43,951 nt of DNA. It comes from Fistulifera solaris. Taxonomy: Eukaryota. Positions 35,801-43,951 of the stretch are shown here, piece after piece. The notes beneath the pieces are model-generated. The model was not told where the DNA came from, searched no databases, and saw only the letters and a program-made list of their open reading frames with translations. Each line of letters begins with the position of its first letter. Positions within the stretch are counted from its first letter, which is position 1. The stretch is from NCBI GenBank assembly GCA_030295235.1, contig AP026123.1:2666001-2709951 (forward strand), written 5' to 3'. Made by a program: the position numbers and the translations under genes.

Positions 35801-38317
35801 ACCTTGCTTTCCGTGCCAGCGGCGCAAGCATAGCCCGAGCACATTTTACAAAGATGCCCCATTGATCAAGTCGGGCTTCAGTTGAGCGGGAGCGTGAATA
35901 AGGTCTACTGGCCCCCTGCCTGCTAAATCACACCGAGTCACACAGTTGCGGTTGTCATTGCCCGAAAGACTTTCTTCGCCCAGCAAATACATCGGCATGT
36001 TCAAGCCTATCAACGTCGGATGTGCAGAACTTTATTCTTGCATTAACAGCTAAGGGGAAGATGTCAGGAAGACACGCCTTTTTCAGTCAATATTTCGAAG
36101 AAGGATTTAAAAAAGGGTTGTGTGCCAGTCGCGAATCCTCTTATTTCGGTCGATGAAAGCTCATCAAATCCAAATAAACTTTCGTTGTATGGTTTTATTG
36201 TTGAAGCCAGTACCGACGAAGGGTTTTATCCATTACCGGAACTTTGTCTCCGACATAGTTTTACGTCGTTTGAAGAGCAACCATTACCGGTCGCGTGGCT
36301 CTTGTAAACGATATTATCGAGTCGTTCGTCAATGCAATATCAATGCGGCTTGCTCGTCTTAGTAAGATTGAACGATCTCAAATATCATTGGCAAATATCG
36401 CTTTGAATTTTGCACAGAAAAGTGAAATGAAAAAAGAGCGAAGAACGTTTCATGAATCTCATTGGAAATATGCGCGAGCTTCACGCGGCTGCTTTGGCCT
36501 CAGCTACTTGTGTTCACGGCGCTGCGGTGCTGCTTGGCTGTACCATGCATCGAAGATTCCAAAATGAAATTATCGTGAATCCTTCTGGGGATGCAGCCCG
36601 TCATTGCCTTGGAACCCTACTGTCAGCTATTGCACGCGGTCCTGCTCTCAATTTCAAAGAATTATCCGATGTGCCGACGATGACTATCAAAGTCAAATGT
36701 GCGGGGAAGACAATAACTCATTGCAAAAACATCGGAATATGTCGACACCGTGTGATTGAAATGGAGGGCAAACTAAGGAAAGTGCGCGTTTTTTGTGAGG
36801 GGCGTCCTTTTGCTCACGAACACTGCCTTGATGATTTGAGCGAAAGCAACAATCAAGAGCCGTCGTATCATATCGATGAGACAAGATTGTTAGCCGTAAA
36901 CAACATTTCGTTTCCCGCAGATGAACTAGAGCGCCAATAGCCATGCTGCGCAGTTCTTTTTGGACGACCCAACAAAAGTCAAGCATGTGCTCGGTGTCAA
37001 GTCAAAGGTCGCTCTTTTCTTGATTGTCGCGTCCGACGGCATCATTCGAACATTGACTTCAACTGGAAGACGGAATTTCAAGCTTTTGGAAGCATCGATA
37101 GACTCCTTGATTCCTTGCTACCGTATTCAAAATCAAAAGGAAATCACCAGTCGATTGAGCGCCACGAGCTTGCAAATTCTGAAGAAAAGCTAAACGAAAA
37201 CCTAGCCACCCTGAAAGAAATTTATTGGAATTGTTCGGATATACTCGAGAAAAGGCAATAGCGATCGGAACTGAGATCCGCCCGCTTGTCAGATCTCCCC
37301 TATTCGTCTCAGTAAGCAATTTCTTGTGGAATCGTTTCCAATTGATCCATCCGATGGGCGCTACATGTATTGTATCATTTGCGGACTCAGTGGTGATTTA
37401 TTTTGTTGTGATAAATGCCCAAATGTTTTCCACACAAAATGCTTGGGGCTTGATGGTGTTCCGGCGGGTGAATGGGTCTGCGAAGAATGTGACTCAACAA
37501 ATGACGGTGTGTTAAGAAGAGTTCCCTTTGGCCGAGCTGAAATAAATTCAAGTCAATTACAGGAATTAGAAATGGAGGTAAATATGCTAAGAAACATGCG
37601 CGCCGAGCGATTAATGCGCCAAACAGCAGGTGTGTCAAGGAAAGAAACAGAACAGGACGTCCGAAGATGATGTAGCTTCTGAAAGTGAAAGTAAGTCGTC
37701 ATTTCAAATAGATTGAAAGAGTAATATTCCGCAGCGTGGCCGGCCCCCAAAAACTAGAGTCGCAGAATTAAATCCACAAAGATCGCGAGCTGATAAGCAT
37801 CAGGCCTTCGATTGCAAAAGCGAAACCGGATCACAACTACAACCTCAACGCGTGGAGAATATGGCAACCCGAATTGTGCGATCAGAATCTTTCAATACAG
37901 AAAATTTGTCAGGGGCATGGTCGACCACGGAAAATAGAGCCGGGAAGAACTTTTCAAAGTGCACTCGTACAGGAAAGAGAGATGAGTATCCAACCCATTG
38001 GTCAACGCATGGCGGGGCCGACCGCCCAAGCATTCTCAAGGTTGAACCGATTTCAAAGCGCCTTCATGTGGGTACTCTCAGCACTGATGCAGCGAATCGG
38101 TCTCGATGGAATAGAGGAGTTAATGGATCATTTTCTTCAAAGCTCGGCGATATCTCTAATGAGGCGACAATCTTTAAAAAGCGAAGAATCTCAAAGGAAA
38201 ACCCACCAATTTGCATCCGTCGTAGATCTTCCGGATTACCCTCAACCAGGTAAATTTGTGGAAGGTCTAGTTTTGGGAACTGGCCGTGCTGCGCGAAAAG
38301 AAGGAAAGCGAGAGTGA
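32882..38317 (+). CDS. Chromatin protein with a BRWD/PHIP-like segment, a bromodomain and a PHD finger; heavily frameshifted
   Basis: EKLRLERIRRNQEYLTRLGL; VPQVGDLILYYPVGH; bromodomain YSCAVPVPMS...YYRSINSLLNDFNIILGNCLAYN (~35280-35425); PHD CIICGLSGDLFCCDKCPNVFHTKC...WVCEEC (~37370-37495). Introns at 33740-33812 and 33911-33979. Ends uncertain, and it could be more than one gene. Confidence 0.7.
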
Positions 38318-38563
38318 TTTGGTTGCATTAGAAGTGCGGCGCTTGTCGCGATGAATATTGAAGGCTGACGATGGTGATGAGAGTGCTTGCCTGTTCCAAT
38401 TGTTGTGCTCTCTCTTGTGTCTTAATGAAGGCACGACATACCAGTAGTTGGAAAGTCACTGGGCTGTAGACTAGTATCTAACATTAAGTTTTGTTGGCGA
38501 GAGTCTGACTGTCGTTTAAAGTAAATTTGCAACGACTTCACACAGCACACAGTATTTAAGGTA

Positions 38564-38582
38564 TTAGGATTAGGGTTAGGGT
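38564..38582 (+). repeat. Short interstitial telomeric tract
   Basis: TTAGGA TTAGGG TTAGGG T, preceded by TTAAGG, on the same strand as the terminal array. Confidence 0.6.
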
Positions 38583-39695
38583 GCGTATACTTTCGCTGCC
38601 GCGGTCAAATAACGAGGTGTCCGTTCCTACAGAATAAAAAAAGGAGTGATTGTACAACGCATGATTTTTAAAATGAGGGTGTGTTTTGATAAGGAATAAC
38701 AACTATAGGGACAATACAGCATACAGTAAGCAAGTTAATTTAAAATGTGCTTATCCCAAAGGAATTTTCGGTCCAAAGATGGCAGGATAGAAGAACAAAC
38801 TGCCAAATATGGCAGTTCACGTCTCCCCGTGGGCAAGCAGTAGGTTTTCTACGCAGACGACATTTCTCCTCCGCAACAATGAAGACAAATCGACTTTTTG
38901 TTGTTTACGAGCAATAATAACGTAAAAGTGTCAGGAAACAAAGTTTTATGTTGTTATTATTACACAATAGTATATAAAGTCGCTTGTTGACCGTATCTTT
39001 CGCCAGATTGAGAGGAAATGGTTGCCGAAAGCCAAATAATGAGGTAGGTCCGTGAGCCGACGATTGTAGCTGACAGGGTCGAAGAGAAACGAATGTAGGC
39101 GACCAAAAAGCATTCAACAATCAACCGTGCAGAATTAAGTGAAAATAGTTGACAAGTGTTACTATTGGCGGGTCCTGGCCTTTATAGCTGCTCGATCAAG
39201 GGAGTTATTGACCGCTTGGATGCTGTCGAAGGGTAGTTTTTGGTCATGTCTTCGTTCGACACTCACTAAAATGAAGGAATTCAAGAGCAAGTTGCTGTTT
39301 CTTTCTCTCATTCTGGTTGAATTACACAACATTCTTCAAGTGTTTGTTGTTCAAAATGACAAATTCCGGGAGGCGCACAGATAGCTCACCCGAAGCGAAT
39401 CTTCAAAACAGTAAGCGAGACTGAAAGAAAGCTTGTCTTCAAGAGACAGGATGCAATAGAATAGAGCGAACAAGGAAAGTCGAGGCAAACCAAATTCACT
39501 ATTGTTATTCATGTGAGACTGCAAAAGAGGGCGGAAATGAAGTCAAGATCTTGTGATCTTGAACCAAATCTTGTCGACGTCGACACTTGACCAGTACTAT
39601 GCCGTCGTAGACTTAAACATAACTTCCTTAGCTCTGGTACCAACTTATACGTCACGTAGAACACTATACCACACACTACGCACACCTCTGCGACG

Positions 39696-39869
39696 TGTCA
39701 AGAGAAGAACTTGCACATCGCCAAACTTCCGATGGCGTGTGCGGAAGCGAACCCCAAAAGATACCATGAGTACCGGATACACAAACTCACTATCACAAAG
39801 ACAGTAAGTACACTCCACACACACTAGGAGTCCCGAATACTCATGACCAGAACTAAATATAATTTGACA
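39696..39869 (-). repeat. Putative 3' LTR of the Copia element (proximal end uncertain: 39696 or ~39552)
   Basis: On the minus strand a purine-rich tract GAAGACGGGAG (39870-39880) is followed by TGTCAAAT. A TTGACA ending at 39696 would give 6-bp terminal inverted repeats. An alternative end, ...GATCACA, lies at ~39552. Confidence 0.55.
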
Positions 39870-42800
39870 CTCCCGTCTTCGCGAACCACGGTCTCCAATC
39901 CAAATCCAAACCAATTCAAACCAAACTCCATCCCTGTTTGCCTCGCTCAGACATATAAACATGTAAAACCACTCAACACATAACCACAAATATCACTCGA
40001 CACCTTGGAATCCTGAACTAGTCTTGATCTCCGAGGTGTCACCCATCTAAAACAACACAGCCTTCAAACGCGGCCAGATCTGCGAGTATCCCCAATGCTT
40101 ACTGAGAATATCGGCCGGGTTCATGTCGCCAGGGATGTGAAGGAAAGCAATCATACCAGAGCGCGAATTGCCTCACGAACTTCGATGAAAGGAAAGCATC
40201 GTGTGACGCTTGTGAAGCTTGGCATGAACTTGCGTCGCGCTGTTGACAACCGATTGATTATCGCCAAACATATAAGCCTTGTCTCGGATAGGAACACCCA
40301 AATAGCGAAGTGTGTTTCGAATGTCGATGATTTGTTCAACACAAGTCCTTGCGACGGCGAACTTCCGGATCCATACGTAGCCGTCTCCGACAGTAGCTTG
40401 CTTCTTGGAATACCAATCGATCGGCGTCTGGTTAAGGAAATGTAGAATACCAGTCACAGATCTCCCGTAGCCACGCAATGCATCAAGTTCGCATCGACAT
40501 AATGCGTAGAAACAACTGCCTTGCCGAGAGGTCCAGGAGCATCATGGGGAACAACCTCTTTCACGTCACCGTAAACCGACTTGGACCAATCGTACTCAAA
40601 ATTAGGTAGATCGGACAAATCAGGAACCCCTGTCACGAAAGCGAATGGCGGCGTTCGCATCTTCGAAACGTATCCAAAGATCCGGCTTAACGCGATCCAA
40701 ATGACCCTGCGCGGAGCAGAGCGAAACGCGGACATCGTCATAACAGCAGTCATGATGTCGAAGCGCCCGATACTGATCAACCATTGCAACGAACCAATCA
40801 AAGACTGGTAATCTCGAGTACCTTTCTCATCCAGAAACTCTGAAGTGTCCAATTCCGGATGATAAGCCCTTTTCTAACGGTGAAGTGACATTCTGTTTGA
40901 CGACTCCCCGTACATTCGTTCAAGTAATTCGGCGATGATCTTTTAGGTGTATTTCTTGGGAGACATGCAAAGAGTACCATCCTTGTCACGAGTGAAGTCC
41001 ATTCCGAGATGGAAACTGACTGGGCGGTTCCCTTCAACTTGAACTTGTACTCTTTCGTTAGCAAGTCGACAAGCGGCTTGAGGATCCTTCATCGCTAAGG
41101 CCAAATCATCAACATAGACCGCAACATACTCGTAAACATCTTCGTTGCGTCGTAGCCAAATGTAGGGATGCGGCCTTGCATTGTTGAAAACCCAATTCAG
41201 CATAACGTCCAGCCAATCGGTCGGCCCATTGCAGCTGCTGATGCGTAGTCCGTAAAGGGCCTTGCTGATAAGAAGAATATGACCAGCCAATTCACGAACT
41301 CAGGTCCAGCCTCAATGTAGACAGCGTTGAGATGCGCGCTCTCGAGATAGGCATTGCCGATGTCGGTAGCCCAGAACTTGAGAGAATTAAGCTTTCGGCA
41401 AGAAAAAGTAACCAGACGGAAACTCCGTAAACTGACAACGCCGGAGTAGACAGACTCAGTAGGGATATCGGTTAAGTGTCCGTCTGCCACCAGTCGAGCC
41501 TTGTGGCGTCCGTCGTGCTTGACGTCAAAAACTAAGTGGGCCCGAATTTTCTTGTAACCTTGAGGAGGCCTCCCAACCGACTTGTGACCTAAATCCTTGA
41601 AGGTCTCGTACTCTTGAATTTGAAGCAACTCTAAGGCAACGGCATCCTTCCACTTGGTGTTCTTGTTTTGCTTTCGTCTAGGCGCATCGCATGTGCATAG
41701 TCACGGGGAATTTCGAAACCATACTTGTGTCGCGGAGCCGTGTTGTAGGAGCGAAGCTTAGCATGGTTCACCAACCGGACGAACTTCTTGTGTCTTTTGC
41801 GATGGACTTGAATCTTTTCCAACCGGGAACATCCAAGAGGTTATTTTCCTTGGCATAAATAGCACAGGTCACAGGGTCGCCGGAAGCAATAACATTTAGA
41901 GGCTCAGCTGTGATCTCCCGTTCTCCCATTCGATCAATACATTGTAGGAAGAACCTTTGTAGTCGAGATCTCCATCTTTAAGGGGACCTTGATGCGAAAT
42001 GATGTGCTTGAACTTCCAAACAGGGGCATCCGCGTCTCGAGCTAGGTATGCCATGATCTGGGCATAGCTGAAAACTTCTTGACTTCGGATTCTCCAACCT
42101 TGCACACAAACTTGATTCGTTCTGGTACTTTCGTTCAGCGGAAGAATCCGAAATCGTCGACGAGGCGTGCAATCTTTGCTCGGTGTTTCTGACCATCAGA
42201 AGCCACATCCGTCAAGCGTTCGACCAATCAAATCTTCGACATCAACGAGCGGTGGAGGAGGAGGCAGTCGCTGCGTCGTCGGGAGGGCGGAGAAAACGAA
42301 ATTTTCTCTGTGACTGAATCCTTGCGGGACAGGATGACAGGAGCAGAAGTAGTAGAAAGACATCTCCCGGCAGCCTGAAGGCGGCCAGCGCGGAAATTAG
42401 GAGTGCGTCCTCAGTGTCGCGGACGAACGGAAGATCGACAAATGACTTGCTTGGTGTCAGCAGTGAGAATCTTCCAGCAAAGAGCGGGCCCAACATGTTA
42501 GGAAATACCGGCCGATAGTGCCAAGGCCTTCAGGAGAATCAGAAGGGGAAACCGTGATGCGTGCTTCAAATACAAAACCGTTGCCAGAAGTAGAAGCGCA
42601 AAGAACGCTAACATCAGGAGTCGAACCCGTCAACGCCAACAACGGAACAGTCTTCAAAGTTTGATTGTACGTGTGGTTGAGGGAGGAAACACCGTATTGA
42701 AGACAAAGAAGCCCGTAGAAGGTGGCGCGCGGTCTGAGTCTAAGATCACGGTTGGCAGTATTCTTGATGAGTCTGGAAACGGCGTTCGGCAGGGTTTTGT

Positions 42801-43440
42801 TGCTGTTGGTGGGGCTCACTTTGCCACACGCCGATACAGAAAGTCTGAAGAAGCGTCTTGAACCGCGTTGCTGATCAAAACTTGGAGCGCGATCGCTAAG
42901 GAGACGAGTTGGGGCTCCCGTTCCGCGAATATTGTCTTCCAAGGTCCGAATGAACTGGCGATCCGTCTTGATACCATAAACATCGGTAACCATGGTATCA
43001 TAGCCAACAAAGATAACGGCAGACTGGGACCCATTGTCAATAGCCGGTGTATTGGGCGTGAAGCGATATCTACGCGGCGGCTTGAACGGCGATGAACATT
43101 GAGAGCGGTTGAAGACTTGAAGGCAACGAGAAGGAGTGCTGCCAGGGAGTGGAAGGCGAGCATACTGGGTGGTATTTTCAAGCGTCTTCTTGATCAAATC
43201 GTTGGAAATCCATCCAAAGTAAGGGCGAAGTCGACCTAGATCCGGTTCTTGGCTGAATAGTGCATTGGCGTGGCGGGAAGGGCTTTCACGGGTGGTCCAG
43301 TCACGTCGTCGTCGTCATCAACATGGCCTTGTGCGACAAATTCGTTGTTGTAGACCTCGAAATGGCGGGCAATAGCCTGGAAAGCAGCGGGCTCAATACC
43401 GTAAGCGACGTGGCGCAACTCGATGATTTCGTCAAGGGCC
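39696..43440 (-). mobile_element. Ty1/Copia LTR retrotransposon of diatom CoDi type, 5'-truncated (no gag, protease or 5' LTR) and degenerate
   Basis: Domain order is integrase (TDVYGIKTDRQFIRTLEDNIR..APTRLLSDRA), chromo-like segment, RT (HLVFDVKHDGRHKARLVADGH, YVDD) and RNase H (FGDNQSVV, PADILSKHWGY). Many frameshifts, and a TAG at 40047-40049 where Trp is expected. Confidence 0.95.
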
Positions 43441-43951
43441 GGGTTAGGGTTAGGGTTAGGGTTAGGGTTAGGGTTAGGGTTAGGGTTAGGGTTAGGGTTA
43501 GGGTTAGGGTTAGGGTTAGGGTTAAGGGTTAGGGTTAGGGTTAGGGTTAGGGTTAGGGTTAGGGTTAGGGTTAGGGTTAGGGTTAGGGTTAGGGTTAGGG
43601 TTAGGGTTAGGGTTAGGGTTAGGGTTAGGGTTAGGGTTAGGGTTAGGGTTAGGGTTAGGGTTAGGGTTAGGGTTAGGGTTAGGGTTAGGGTTAGGGTTAG
43701 GGTTAGGGTTAGGGTTAGGGTTAGGGTTAGGGTTAGGGTTAGGGTTAGGGTTAGGGTTAGGGTTAGGGTTAGGGTTAGGGTTAGGGTTAGGGTTAGGGTT
43801 AGGGTTAGGGTTAGGGTTAGGGTTAGGGTTAGGGTTGGGGTTAGGGTTAGGGTTAGGGTTAGGGTTAGGGTTAGGGTTAGGGTTAGGGTTAGGGTTAGGG
43901 TTAGGGTTAGGGTTAGGGTTAGGGTTAGGGTTAGGGTTAGGGTTAGGAAGG
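43441..43951 (+). repeat. Telomere, (TTAGGG)n
   Basis: About 85 near-perfect TTAGGG units running to the sequence end with the G-rich strand 5'->3' outward. Rare variants are TTAAGGG (~43522) and TTGGGG (~43835). Confidence 0.99.

Noticed and set aside
25757..38317. Programmed ribosomal frameshifting or RNA editing to explain the broken genes
   Set aside because: The shifts are numerous, irregular and spread over unrelated genes; sequencing error or decay is far simpler.
39993..43440. Telomere-associated Penelope/Athena element or telomerase RT
   Set aside because: The RT motifs and the integrase-RT-RNase H order are clearly Ty1/Copia.
43260..43532. ORF ending in poly-(RV)
   Set aside because: It is simply the translation of TTAGGG repeats, antisense to the Copia pol.

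Overview
Eukaryotic chromosome end, almost certainly a raphid pennate diatom. This rests on short spliceosomal introns, bipartite plastid-targeting peptides, a diatom-type cyclase-phosphodiesterase fusion and a CoDi-type Copia element; a degraded gene resembling a family I recall as expanded in Fistulifera hints at that genus (inference). About 38 kb is gene-dense: type II NADH dehydrogenase (5'-truncated), a small plastid-targeted protein, a DUF6604-like protein, a NEF1-like polytopic membrane protein, a plastid FAD oxidoreductase, an ShKT prolyl 4-hydroxylase, an F-box protein, a plant Shaker-like K+ channel, a receptor cyclase-PDE, an IQ-motif membrane protein and a bromodomain/PHD protein. 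These are followed by a short interstitial telomeric tract (38564-38582), then a 5'-truncated Ty1/Copia element fused directly to about 510 bp of (TTAGGG)n. Non-coding structure includes a ~52-bp palindromic minisatellite (15028-15833), a ~220-bp dispersed and tandem repeat family, a recurrent hairpin motif and a hairpin-dense GC-rich block (8690-9600). Frameshifts become much more frequent toward the telomere. They may be long-read indel errors rather than real pseudogenisation, so many gene boundaries are approximate. All family assignments come from motif recognition; no database search was run.
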